From Flavobacteriaceae bacterium (lineage in GTDB: Bacteria; Bacteroidota; Bacteroidia; Flavobacteriales; Flavobacteriaceae), in the NCBI GenBank assembly GCA_965224465.1, contig OZ245049.1, forward strand, positions 2,220,001 to 2,252,000: a stretch of DNA of 32,000 bases, read 5' to 3'. The position numbers and the translations under genes were made by a program. Below the pieces are notes generated by a model. The model was not told the DNA's origin and ran no database searches. It worked only from the letters and a program-made list of their open reading frames with translations. Numbering within the stretch: the first letter of the stretch is position 1; every line of letters begins with the position of its first letter. Below, one piece after another: positions 1-9,132 of this stretch.

Positions 1-636
1 GATTATTTTATTTTTCGCAAAAGCATCATTTAAATAAAAATCAAAATTCCTACCTATAATTAAATCACCATCAAGGGTATTTTCTCCCCAAGAAGCAAAT
101 GATGAACAGCCAACCAAGGCTAAATCTTGTAAAGCATGTCCCAAATCATGCGCACTGTGCAAATACAAACTCATTGCATATTTACTAGCAAATTTCTTAA
201 AATCATCAGAAGCATACCTAGATACACCGTAGATTTCAGCCTTGTATTCATCCTTTATATACATCGGTAAATCCCTATTGTAAAAAGCTAAAAATTTACG
301 CAATAAATATTGTTTAAATTTTGAAGGAACGATTTCATCAATTTTATCTAGAAATATTTTTTCTTGTACTACTAATTGTTTCTGTGTTAAATCTCCTATA
401 TTATTCCCTAAATCACGAGGGTTATTCCCAAAAGCAAGCAATTCCCATTCGCCGAGCGTATTTTTACGAATGCTACTTTTTCCTTTAAAAAACAAAGAGT
501 CATTTACCTTTATTTTAACCGCATTTTCAAGCACATAGGAATTGATAGCATCTATCTTTAAATTCGCTTTATTTACGCCACAAGAACTAACAACAACCAG
601 TATAAAAAAAAGTGCAATCCCTTTGAAGTTAGACAT
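1..636 (-). CDS. Partial (N-terminal 212 aa, runs off left edge) lipoprotein, C45-family acyl-CoA:6-aminopenicillanic-acid acyltransferase-like Ntn hydrolase
   Basis: Not in the supplied ORF track. Manual translation of the minus strand from the ATG (complement of 634-636) is open through all 212 codons to position 1: MSNFKGIALFFILVVVSSCGVNK... It has a signal peptide with a lipobox-like VSSC. The later segment LALVGCSSFASWGENTLDGDLIIGRNFDF resembles the Gly-Cys nucleophile site (Cys codon 106-108) and the R-N-x-D motif of C45/Ntn acyltransferases. The start overlaps the upstream gene's stop by 8 nt. Confidence 0.55.
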   Translation of the reverse strand, partial: MSNFKGIALFFILVVVSSCGVNKANLKIDAINSYVLENAVKIKVNDSLFFKGKSSIRKNTLGEWELLAFGNNPRDLGNNIGDLTQKQLVVQEKIFLDKIDEIVPSKFKQYLLRKFLAFYNRDLPMYIKDEYKAEIYGVSRYASDDFKKFASKYAMSLYLHSAHDLGHALQDLALVGCSSFASWGENTLDGDLIIGRNFDFYLNDAFAKNKII

Positions 637-2155
637 GGTTACAGCCTATTTTTTCTCTAATAGATTCCATCAATTTCTTCCTTCCAATAATATGAGTACA
701 GGTTAAAACAGCACTTATAGTTACACCTAAAATCCCGTGCATATTTACACTTTGACCCGTAAAAAATAAATTCTTTAACCTTGTTTTAGGAGATAAAAAG
801 GACTTCATCGTATTGTCTGCATCTTTTTTATAGCCATACATAGAACCTCTATTATTTCCGATATAATCCCTATAAGACAATGGTGTTGATGTATGGATAG
901 ATGCAATACTATCTCTAATACCTGGGAATTTCTTTTCTAATTCTTTTAAGAAAACTTCTGTTTTCTCTGCTTTAAATTTAGCGTAACTCTCCCCTCGTTC
1001 GTTTTCTTGAGACACGGTATTAAATGTATGCTCCCATTCTTTAACTTCATCAAAATTCATATACGTCATTGCGGTCATATTATGAGCCCATTGGGTTTGT
1101 TTTCTATGAACACCCATTGACAGCATATATCCTTCTGGCCAAGACTCTTGCGTATATTCTTGCGCTTCATAAACAACAGAAGGTGATTTTAAATGATATT
1201 GATTGTAATTGCAATATTTAAAAGATTCTGGCTTAAAAGTAATATACAAGCTAAAACCAGAAATAATACTCTCTATCTGTTCTACTCTTTTCATAAAGGA
1301 CTTACGTAAGCCTCTACCATCAAGCATTTTTATGGTTAATTTCGGTTCGATATTAGAAATAAAAATAGAAGCTTTTATAAGTGCACCACTTTTTGTAGTT
1401 ACGGATGTTAAAACATCTTCTTCAAAACCAAATTTAAGTACTTCTTGATGATTGTAAGCTTCTCCTCCGTTCTCCTTTAGCCTTCTCAACAACAATTTAG
1501 AAATTTGACTCCCTCCATTTACAAACCTATAAGAACTCTCGATATATGAATTTATAGACAATGCATGTACATACAACGGAGTGTTTAACTCACCCGCATA
1601 CAAAGAATTTGAACCTACTAAAACTGCTTTAAACAATTCGTTATTAGAAATAGAATCCAGATAATCTTTAATTTTTATAGACAGAGCACTCATGTCATAA
1701 TCTGTACTATCATCAAGATTATAAAGAGCAAAACTTTTACAAATCTCTCTGATTTTATCACAGTACAAAAGGATTGCATCTTTTTCTTCTGGAAACTGGC
1801 TTGTCAACGATTTTATAAAATTATCATACCCTTGGGCATGGTAATACTCGTTTTTGTCATCATCAAAAGTTATTACATCGTATTTATCTTGATCTAGTTT
1901 ATGAAGATTTAACTCGTCCATAATACCGAGGTAAGAAAAATATTCGTACAAATTCTGTCCTTTATCTAAACCACCCACGTAATGAACACCCGTATCAAAT
2001 ATTTTTTTATTCCTTACAAATGTTTGTAGGTTCCCCCCAAATTGTCTGTTTTTTTCAAGGACACATACTTTATATCCTTCTTTTGCTAATATGTTTGCAG
2101 AGACTAAACCTCCCAGTCCACTACCTATTACAACAACATCATATTTTTCTTTCAA
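629..2155 (-). CDS. FAD/NAD(P)-binding oxidoreductase, phytoene-desaturase (CrtI)-like
   Basis: 508-aa ORF. N-terminal Rossmann motif DVVVIGSGLGGLVSANILAKEGYKVCVLEKNRQFGGN. The size and the C-terminal FFTGQSV..GILG region are typical of CrtI-family flavoproteins. Confidence 0.8.
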   Translation of the reverse strand: MKEKYDVVVIGSGLGGLVSANILAKEGYKVCVLEKNRQFGGNLQTFVRNKKIFDTGVHYVGGLDKGQNLYEYFSYLGIMDELNLHKLDQDKYDVITFDDDKNEYYHAQGYDNFIKSLTSQFPEEKDAILLYCDKIREICKSFALYNLDDSTDYDMSALSIKIKDYLDSISNNELFKAVLVGSNSLYAGELNTPLYVHALSINSYIESSYRFVNGGSQISKLLLRRLKENGGEAYNHQEVLKFGFEEDVLTSVTTKSGALIKASIFISNIEPKLTIKMLDGRGLRKSFMKRVEQIESIISGFSLYITFKPESFKYCNYNQYHLKSPSVVYEAQEYTQESWPEGYMLSMGVHRKQTQWAHNMTAMTYMNFDEVKEWEHTFNTVSQENERGESYAKFKAEKTEVFLKELEKKFPGIRDSIASIHTSTPLSYRDYIGNNRGSMYGYKKDADNTMKSFLSPKTRLKNLFFTGQSVNMHGILGVTISAVLTCTHIIGRKKLMESIREKIGCNHV

Positions 2156-2157
2156 AA

Positions 2158-5100
2158 TTATATTTTTTTAAACAAGAGAATATTTTCTTTTTTATAAGAC
2201 ATCGTAAAATTTGTTAAATCTTCTTTTGGACTTGTATTTAACAAATATATACATTCAAATTTATTAAAATTAATTATATTTTTATAGGTTTCTACAGGCA
2301 CGCCATTTAGTATTAATACCGTACTAGAATTTACAGAAGAATCTTCTAAAACATCTATATAATGGACCTTCCTAGTTTTAATAGAAAAACAATTCCTAGC
2401 AATACTCCTCTTTTCCGTATCCGGATTAAAAGTAGTGATTTTTCGACTAAGACGCTTTGATATCAATAGAATATCTAACTGACCAAAATCCTCACTTATC
2501 AGTAATAATTTAGCATCCTTTGAAATAGAACGATTCAATTCGAAATACAATTCATTGTTTTTTACAAAATCCTTTTTTACATGCTTTAATATAAAGGGTT
2601 CTTTATACAGATAATTGGAATACAATAGCTCCTTAAAATAATCTACTCCCTCTAACTCTTCTCTCAAAGAAAGCAAACGATTCTTATAAAAAGAAGTTAT
2701 CTTTTTTGTTCTTTCCCTTACGCCTGTTCCAAACTCTGGACTATCGGCGGGTATGCGTTCTCCTATAACCACAGTCATACTCCCATTTTGTATCACAAAA
2801 TCATTTTTAGGCATAACTTCTGCATTTCCATGTAAATACACAGGAAGAATATCTATTTTCAACTGTTCTTGTAGGAAAAAAGCACCTTTATGAAACCTCC
2901 CTAATTTATTAGATAAAGATCTTTTACCTTCAGGAAACACAACTAAGGAGTAGCCTTGCTTGACTTTCTCTTCTAAATGGGCTACGCTTTGATCCACTCC
3001 ATTAGAAACTGGAAAAAACCCTAAAACCCTTGCCAATCCCCCAAAAACTGGTGATTTATACACCCAATCGTTTACTAAATACACAATTTTATGGGTTGTG
3101 AGCCCCATGGTTAACGTATCTAAACTAGACACGTGGTTGGCAATAATAATGGTGGGAGTATCAAAGGTTTCTTTAGGTACATTTACTACCTTTTTATGAA
3201 CCCATCTATTCCCATACAGTACAAACTGCACTAGCCATGCAACCGTTTTATGTAAGAATAAAAATTTCTTCTTTTTAGCTATTGGAATTAAAGGCATCAA
3301 CAACAAGCTTATTAAAGACAACAACATACCACCTAAACCATAAATAAACAAAGAGTAAAAGGAATGTATCGTACTTCTAATTTTTAAGGGTCTAAATCCA
3401 ACGGCGGATCTTCCAGAAATAAACAGTCTAAAAAGCAATGGCTGTAATGTGAAAGTAACAAAAACGGTTGTTAAAATTCCAATTAAAGAAAGAACAGAAA
3501 TAGACCTTAAAGCAGGATGTTTTGCAAAAACAAGAACGCCTATTCCTAAGATTGTAGTTAATACAGAAAGGATAATAGACACTTTATAGGTTTGTACCTT
3601 CTTTGTATTATACGTATAATCATGTATAAGTCCATTGGTCATAAAAATGCTGTAATCTACGCCTAAACCAAAAATAAATGTAGATACAATAACATTAAAA
3701 ACCGTAAATTGAATATCAAAAAAGCTCATAAGCCCCAATGTAATAATCCATGTTATAAATATAGGAATGCTGGTAAAAACAGTTAATTCTATGTTTTTAT
3801 AAAACAAAAACAACACAATAAATACAGCCAAAAAGGAATAGTTAATTAAGCTTGAAAATTTTTCTTTTAAGGAGCCTAATATTGTTTCGTTGATATGTTT
3901 TCGATCAATCAACAGGGTATTTGGAACTTTTAAAATTAGGTCTTCAAGCATTTCTTTAGAACCTCCATTTAGCTGAACAATAGAAACCGCTGTTTTTAAT
4001 TCTGTATCACTGATATATTCTTGAGCAAAGAGCGATTTAACTTCCTTATATTTAGAAAGCGGCAACAAGTCAAACTTCTTATCCAAGAGCACATAAAACG
4101 GATCATACGTATGCTTATTAAACCCTACTTTAGCACCTTCTTCAACTAAAAACCTTTTAACTTGCACCTTTACAGAATCACTCCAAAAGGCATTCCATTT
4201 GTCTATTTTTATTTGTTGATCAGGTTTTGATAACACAAGACTCCCGATGGAACTATACGCTTCGATTAAACCTTGATCTTTTGCTCTTTTTAAGAGCGTA
4301 TTGATTCGAGAATTGACATGTAATACGGTATCTAAATTAGCATGATGCGCCACTAGATACACCGACTTTGAAGACAGGTTTAATAGCGTATCTAAGTTTT
4401 TTTCTGCCTTAAGACTTGCCGCATCCATAAAATTCATTTTAGACAAATCATTATTAAAACGAACCTTATTAAATGTAAAAGAACACGCAATTAGCACTAG
4501 TAAAAAACCACCAATTATATATTTATTTTTATCAAAACTATAGGCTGCTAATTTATCTATTATATGCGGCTTACTCTGATGTGTTTCTTTTTTAGGTTGG
4601 TATAAAATTGGGATTAAAATTAATGCTGCTACGGAAGATGTAAGAACACTAATAGAAGCAAATATACCTAAATCTTGAAGGGCTTGAGATTTTAGCAACA
4701 ACAAACAAATAAAAGCAATAGCTGTTGTAATACTACTCATCAATACAGGCATGGTAATATCCTTATACAATTGTTTTATATTTTGATTGCTTTTAAAATG
4801 CGTTAAAATATGCAAGGAATAGTCCAATGTAATCCCTAAAAGAACAGAGCCTATACCTAAGGAAATTGCAGATACTTTTTCTCTTATAAAATAAAGAGCT
4901 GCAATAGCTACCAAAGCACCAATAAGCGTTGGTAGAAATAAAATAAAGGGTATTGTAGCCTTTTTATAAAAGAACATAAGAATCAACAGCAGCAATACCA
5001 TGGCAGCACTCACTGTATATTTTATATCCATCTTAATTTGATTGGCATTGGCAACAGCTATAACAGTAGAACCGTAATATTCAGAAGACACCTGGTCTTT

Positions 5101-5829
5101 ATACTTTGCGTTCAAATTATCAGAAATCCTATATAAAATCTCAACAAACCTAGTATTTGCATCCGTTTCATTTGACGAAAGTTTTGGTTTAATAAACAAC
5201 AATAAATTTTTCTTATCCAGTGTCATCAAAAAGCCATTATGTACTTTAAAATTGGTTGTAATTTTTAATGATTCTAATTTTTTTAATGCTTTAAAACTGA
5301 TTCCTAACGGATCCTTACGAAGTGTGTTTTTTGCAATAAACCCTGTAGGAGAAATAAGGGTTTGAAAATTCCCTTTTACAATCGTAGAAATACTATCTTT
5401 CTGTAATTGTTGACGTATTAAATCATAATCATTATCCGATAAAAACAGTGGAACATTGTCATAGACAAATTTCATGGTTTCCAACATGTTTTGATTTGTA
5501 AACTCGCCTTCCACATGCAATACAAAAGGAGCACAACTCAGGTGAAGACTATCTAATAGTTCTGATGCGTAACGAGACAATATCTCTGGAGTTCCATTTT
5601 CTAAGGCAGCTATATTCACTACTATCTTATCAGAAAAATCTACATTTTTTAAAACCTTATTTAGGGTCTTTGTTTGCTCGTTCTGAGGAATAAGTTTAGA
5701 AATATCCTCTTCAAAATTAATTTGCAGTGCTACATAAAGCAATCCACATAACAGAACTCCTAATAGCGTAAAAAGAGTTGGTTTTTTATTTTTAAACAGG
5801 CTGTAAATAGACAGAAATAATTGAGACAC
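2158..5829 (-). CDS. Three-part fusion: MMPL/RND-like exporter (approx aa 1-860), PlsC-type lysophospholipid acyltransferase (approx aa 870-1050), C-terminal class-I-methyltransferase-like domain
   Basis: 1223-aa ORF. Two blocks of multiple hydrophobic helices are separated by large soluble loops, as in MMPL proteins. The acyltransferase H(X4)D motif ANHVSSLD lies at 3118-3135 (His899) and FPEGKR at 2920-2937. The C-terminal approx 170 aa has a beta-alpha-beta pattern (KLLLISEDFGQLDILLISKRLSRKITTFNPD) resembling a Rossmann MTase fold with a degenerate glycine loop. Confidence 0.8.
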   Translation of the reverse strand: MSQLFLSIYSLFKNKKPTLFTLLGVLLCGLLYVALQINFEEDISKLIPQNEQTKTLNKVLKNVDFSDKIVVNIAALENGTPEILSRYASELLDSLHLSCAPFVLHVEGEFTNQNMLETMKFVYDNVPLFLSDNDYDLIRQQLQKDSISTIVKGNFQTLISPTGFIAKNTLRKDPLGISFKALKKLESLKITTNFKVHNGFLMTLDKKNLLLFIKPKLSSNETDANTRFVEILYRISDNLNAKYKDQVSSEYYGSTVIAVANANQIKMDIKYTVSAAMVLLLLILMFFYKKATIPFILFLPTLIGALVAIAALYFIREKVSAISLGIGSVLLGITLDYSLHILTHFKSNQNIKQLYKDITMPVLMSSITTAIAFICLLLLKSQALQDLGIFASISVLTSSVAALILIPILYQPKKETHQSKPHIIDKLAAYSFDKNKYIIGGFLLVLIACSFTFNKVRFNNDLSKMNFMDAASLKAEKNLDTLLNLSSKSVYLVAHHANLDTVLHVNSRINTLLKRAKDQGLIEAYSSIGSLVLSKPDQQIKIDKWNAFWSDSVKVQVKRFLVEEGAKVGFNKHTYDPFYVLLDKKFDLLPLSKYKEVKSLFAQEYISDTELKTAVSIVQLNGGSKEMLEDLILKVPNTLLIDRKHINETILGSLKEKFSSLINYSFLAVFIVLFLFYKNIELTVFTSIPIFITWIITLGLMSFFDIQFTVFNVIVSTFIFGLGVDYSIFMTNGLIHDYTYNTKKVQTYKVSIILSVLTTILGIGVLVFAKHPALRSISVLSLIGILTTVFVTFTLQPLLFRLFISGRSAVGFRPLKIRSTIHSFYSLFIYGLGGMLLSLISLLLMPLIPIAKKKKFLFLHKTVAWLVQFVLYGNRWVHKKVVNVPKETFDTPTIIIANHVSSLDTLTMGLTTHKIVYLVNDWVYKSPVFGGLARVLGFFPVSNGVDQSVAHLEEKVKQGYSLVVFPEGKRSLSNKLGRFHKGAFFLQEQLKIDILPVYLHGNAEVMPKNDFVIQNGSMTVVIGERIPADSPEFGTGVRERTKKITSFYKNRLLSLREELEGVDYFKELLYSNYLYKEPFILKHVKKDFVKNNELYFELNRSISKDAKLLLISEDFGQLDILLISKRLSRKITTFNPDTEKRSIARNCFSIKTRKVHYIDVLEDSSVNSSTVLILNGVPVETYKNIINFNKFECIYLLNTSPKEDLTNFTMSYKKENILLFKKI

Positions 5830-7028
5830 TATTTTTTTGATTTAATTTTAATAATAAAAAAACTGATTGCAAATGCAAAAAGTGCTGAAACAATAGCTAA
5901 CACAAAACTACCGACAATATATTCTTTAACGTTTGCTAGGAGTTTTAAGTTTTCTAACAAATCTTCCGTATTAAACACCGTTTTAGACCCTAAAACAACA
6001 TCACCAATTTTAAAACTAGCCAATATAATAAAAGGGATTACAGGCGGAATACTAATATTAGAAAATGCGAAAGCAATGGTTTTATTTAATTTAAAAACAG
6101 ACGCCAATAAAACAGCTAGAACACCTTGAAAACCCCAAAAGGGAGCAATTCCAATAAAAACCCCAAGAGCAATAGCAAAGGCTCTTCTGGAAGGAGTTTC
6201 TGAGTTTTTTAATACATTCTCTATAAAAAACTGTTTAAGTCCTTTTTTTTTTAATGCTCTAAAAAAGTCGCGAGGCTTAATATACAAGAAAGCAATAAAA
6301 AGCAGGTATATATTTAATACTGTAATGCGGGCAAAATCTTTGATCGGTCTAAAATGAGAGACTCTTTCCAATGGATCGTACAGGACTTTAACGGGAACAT
6401 TTTTAACATGTATCCCATGCCAAGATGCTTTTACAATATTCTCGATTTCAAATTCAAACTTATCCGTAAAAAAAGAAATCTCTTTTAGTAACTCAATAGG
6501 ATAGAGTCTGTACCCAGATTGGGTATCGGTAAGTTTAACTCCCGTTTCTGCCCAGAACCAAAAATTAGAGAATTTATGTCCAAAGCTACTACCTTTAGGA
6601 ACGGTATCTTGCTCCATATTTCTAGCTCCAACAATTAAACTGTTGTGATCCTTTTCAATTTCATCAATAAAAGCAATCATATCATCTGGATAATGTTGTC
6701 CATCAGAATCAATAGTAATTGCAAATTTATACCCTAGAGAAATGGCTTTTTCAAAACCGTATTTAAGCGCATATCCTTTTCCTTTATTTTGATCATACGC
6801 CAACATTTCTACACCAGTGTATTGTTGCAAAATTTGACAGGTATTATCCGTAGACCCATCATTCACCACAATTACATTTGGGGTGTATTCCAACACGGCG
6901 TCTAGAACTCTTTTTAGTGTTTTATCGTTATTGTATGTCGGTATTATAACACAGCATTTTAACCTAGCTATTCGATCCGCTATATCATGTTGTTTTAATG
7001 TAATCATATCAGTTTTTTGAAAAAACAC
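5829..7028 (-). CDS. Family-2 glycosyltransferase fused to a DUF2062-like membrane domain
   Basis: 399 aa. GT2 motifs are present: CCVIIPTYNNDKTL, VVNDGSTDNT and DSDGQH (DxD-type). The C-terminal AIALGVFIGIAPFWGFQGVLAVLLASVFKLNKTIAFAFSNISIPPVIPFI matches the DUF2062 pattern as I remember it. There is a 1-nt overlap with the downstream gene. Confidence 0.8.
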   Translation of the reverse strand: MFFQKTDMITLKQHDIADRIARLKCCVIIPTYNNDKTLKRVLDAVLEYTPNVIVVNDGSTDNTCQILQQYTGVEMLAYDQNKGKGYALKYGFEKAISLGYKFAITIDSDGQHYPDDMIAFIDEIEKDHNSLIVGARNMEQDTVPKGSSFGHKFSNFWFWAETGVKLTDTQSGYRLYPIELLKEISFFTDKFEFEIENIVKASWHGIHVKNVPVKVLYDPLERVSHFRPIKDFARITVLNIYLLFIAFLYIKPRDFFRALKKKGLKQFFIENVLKNSETPSRRAFAIALGVFIGIAPFWGFQGVLAVLLASVFKLNKTIAFAFSNISIPPVIPFIILASFKIGDVVLGSKTVFNTEDLLENLKLLANVKEYIVGSFVLAIVSALFAFAISFFIIKIKSKK

Positions 7029-7503
7029 TTTTTTCTTTTTTTGTAAAGTGTTTTGATGCTAAAACATACTCCATAATATATTGTTTCAAACGCTTAGATT
7101 TTTCGTCTTTTAGCATCCTCAACACAAAGCGCTTATCTTCAACGCGCTGCTTGTTATATTTGAGTATCTTAGGAGCATTTTGCTGCACTGAAAGTCGTAC
7201 AAATCTAATCTCAAGACTATTAGGCGATTTCAGCACTGCGTATTCTATGAGGTTCACTCCTTCTGAAAAACGTTTTTTCTTGTTTTTAACACCTTTTTCT
7301 GTCTTAGCCAGCAATGCTATAACAGCACCTTTATACGCAACAAATACATCTTTATCTCCTTTTTTCACTTCGCGTAACAATGTGAATAATTCCGTGGCAT
7401 GCTCCTTAGATGTTCCTGCTTTTTTATACGCTACACGCACCGTGCTAAGATTTAACTTAACAATTAATAAAGGCAGGTATAAATACAAAAAAAAAGGATG
7501 CAT
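7009..7503 (-). CDS. Hypothetical Lys-rich protein (164 aa), no recognised family
   Basis: The ORF is co-oriented and tightly packed: it lies 3 nt after the upstream gene's stop and overlaps the GT2 gene by 20 nt. It has a hydrophobic N-terminus. I recognise no motif. Confidence 0.4.
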   Translation of the reverse strand: MHPFFLYLYLPLLIVKLNLSTVRVAYKKAGTSKEHATELFTLLREVKKGDKDVFVAYKGAVIALLAKTEKGVKNKKKRFSEGVNLIEYAVLKSPNSLEIRFVRLSVQQNAPKILKYNKQRVEDKRFVLRMLKDEKSKRLKQYIMEYVLASKHFTKKEKSVFSKN

Positions 7504-7506
7504 TCT

Positions 7507-7881
7507 TTATTTTCTTAGGGTGTATAATGAGTTTATTTTCAAGGCGATAGTATCGTCAAATTTAGTGATATTATTCACTTTATATTCGCCATTATCTTCT
7601 TTAGTGATTTTTAAATTCAACCGCAGTTCTTTGTTTTTTTCAGGATTAATGATTGCCATAAACTTTACGTTACTGCACTTTTTCATAAACAATTTACTTC
7701 CTGTAACCTCCTCTACAAGATCCTTGGTGATTTGCATCATACAAACCCCTGGCATGATTGGATTATTAGGGAAGTGTCCTTTAAAAATTTCATGTGCAGG
7801 ATTGATCAATATATCAAAAACAAAAGAACCTTCCAATATTTCTTCTTTAGAAACAATTGTATAAAAATTTTCTAATATCAT
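7507..7881 (-). CDS. FabZ/FabA-like 3-hydroxyacyl-ACP dehydratase (hot-dog fold)
   Basis: 124 aa with the canonical FabZ active-site motif FKGHFPNNPIMPGVCMMQ. Confidence 0.8.
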   Translation of the reverse strand: MILENFYTIVSKEEILEGSFVFDILINPAHEIFKGHFPNNPIMPGVCMMQITKDLVEEVTGSKLFMKKCSNVKFMAIINPEKNKELRLNLKITKEDNGEYKVNNITKFDDTIALKINSLYTLRK

Positions 7882-7898
7882 ATCTTTTCAGTAAAAAG

Positions 7899-8516
7899 CT
7901 AATGTAAGAAACTTAATTCAATGTTTAGCTTAAAATTATTGTGTTTTATAATTATGCGTTTAGCAAGATCATTGCGTATATCGGTAAAAAGAATGATTAC
8001 TTGCTCTCTTCGTTTATTTCCTGAACTAATCTTATACAAAACAGGGTTTTTACCTGTATAATAGTAATACTTAAAGTCCTTCGAAGACCTAGACAAAAAC
8101 ACCTCATGCTCAGCTGACAGAAAACTTTGTGCTGTAAAAACATTCTGAGTAAGGAGCAATTTAAAATCCTTCCTTAACAAATTAACGACCATTTTTTTAT
8201 CTAATTTCTTTTGAATAAAGTTGACTTTAAAGGATTCACCTATAAACTCAAAATCAAACAATTTAGCTCCAAATTCAGTTGTAAATACAAGTCTATAGTG
8301 CTCTTCTTTTATTTTCTTAACTATAAAGATTCCTCCAAGACTATTATTTAAAAGATCAATTTTAGCTTTGTATACGTAATCTAAATCAGAATTTGAAAAA
8401 TAAAGATTCTCAATCTTTTTTTCAAGAAAGTGTTTTTCTTTTGACAGGTTAAATAACGGTTTACCACAAGAAACAAAGAGAAAAAAAAAGAGGAAACTAA
8501 TGTGAAAAAACCGCAT
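7899..8516 (-). CDS. Lipoprotein of unknown function, possibly LolB-like partner of the adjacent LolA-like protein
   Basis: 205 aa. It has a signal peptide ending in the lipobox FVSCGKP. It overlaps the upstream LolA-like gene by 20 nt. The LolB-like assignment is inferred from context only. Confidence 0.45.
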   Translation of the reverse strand: MRFFHISFLFFFLFVSCGKPLFNLSKEKHFLEKKIENLYFSNSDLDYVYKAKIDLLNNSLGGIFIVKKIKEEHYRLVFTTEFGAKLFDFEFIGESFKVNFIQKKLDKKMVVNLLRKDFKLLLTQNVFTAQSFLSAEHEVFLSRSSKDFKYYYYTGKNPVLYKISSGNKRREQVIILFTDIRNDLAKRIIIKHNNFKLNIELSFLH

Positions 8517-9126
8517 CGCTTACTGTTTTATTAATTGCTCTATCTTTAAACGTAATCAATGTAAAATCTTCTTCAGATTCTATCATCTTAATTTTTGTAA
8601 CTTGAAAGTTCTTTGATTCAAACGTTAATTCAAACTTTTTTATAAAGGTACTTTCTGTTTGGTCTTTTGCAGTAAATGTAACCACATAATCAGACTTATT
8701 TTTAAAATACTGAATATCAAATTGCGCATCATCAAACATATCTCCTTTAATACTTTTAGCTATTAAACCATTCAGTTGTTTAAAAACCTTTGTACTACTC
8801 AAATCTATATGACTCTTTTTTCCTGCATCATTTATAAGGAGTTCGTTTTCTTTAAAAATAACACTGTATTTAAACGGACTTGTATAGGACCATTTTATAA
8901 GGTTTGGATCTTTAAAAATCAAACTTCCTTTAGAGATAATATCCTTTGATAAAAATGATAAGTGTTTTGCTTGTACAAAATTTGTTACAATTGTTTTTAT
9001 TGTTTTTGCATGTTCCAACACTCCGTTTTTCACCACAATTGCTTGTTGGTGAGTCAGTTTTTTTTGCTGACAAAATCCAGTTATTGTAATCAATAGCAAT
9101 ACTATAATTAGCAGCTGTTTTTTCAT
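8497..9126 (-). CDS. LolA-like outer-membrane lipoprotein/lipid carrier protein
   Basis: 209 aa with a cleavable signal peptide (MKKQLLIIVLLLITITGFCQQ). The segment FVQAKHLSFLSKDIISKGSLIFKDPNLIKWSYTSPFKYSVIFKENELLINDAGKK follows the LolA-family pattern F-x-Q ... G-x-l ... W-x-Y-x-x-P ... l-x-i-x-D. Confidence 0.65.
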   Translation of the reverse strand: MKKQLLIIVLLLITITGFCQQKKLTHQQAIVVKNGVLEHAKTIKTIVTNFVQAKHLSFLSKDIISKGSLIFKDPNLIKWSYTSPFKYSVIFKENELLINDAGKKSHIDLSSTKVFKQLNGLIAKSIKGDMFDDAQFDIQYFKNKSDYVVTFTAKDQTESTFIKKFELTFESKNFQVTKIKMIESEEDFTLITFKDRAINKTVSDAVFSH

Positions 9127-9132
9127 ATAAAC

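Noticed and set aside
7151-7864. 237-aa plus-strand ORF from the track
   Set aside because: It lies antisense to the FabZ-like gene, which carries a canonical GHFPxxPxxPG motif, and to the 164-aa ORF. The sequence is F/L/S/T-rich and low in complexity, as expected from reading the reverse strand of Lys/Glu-rich AT-rich genes. I see no motif.
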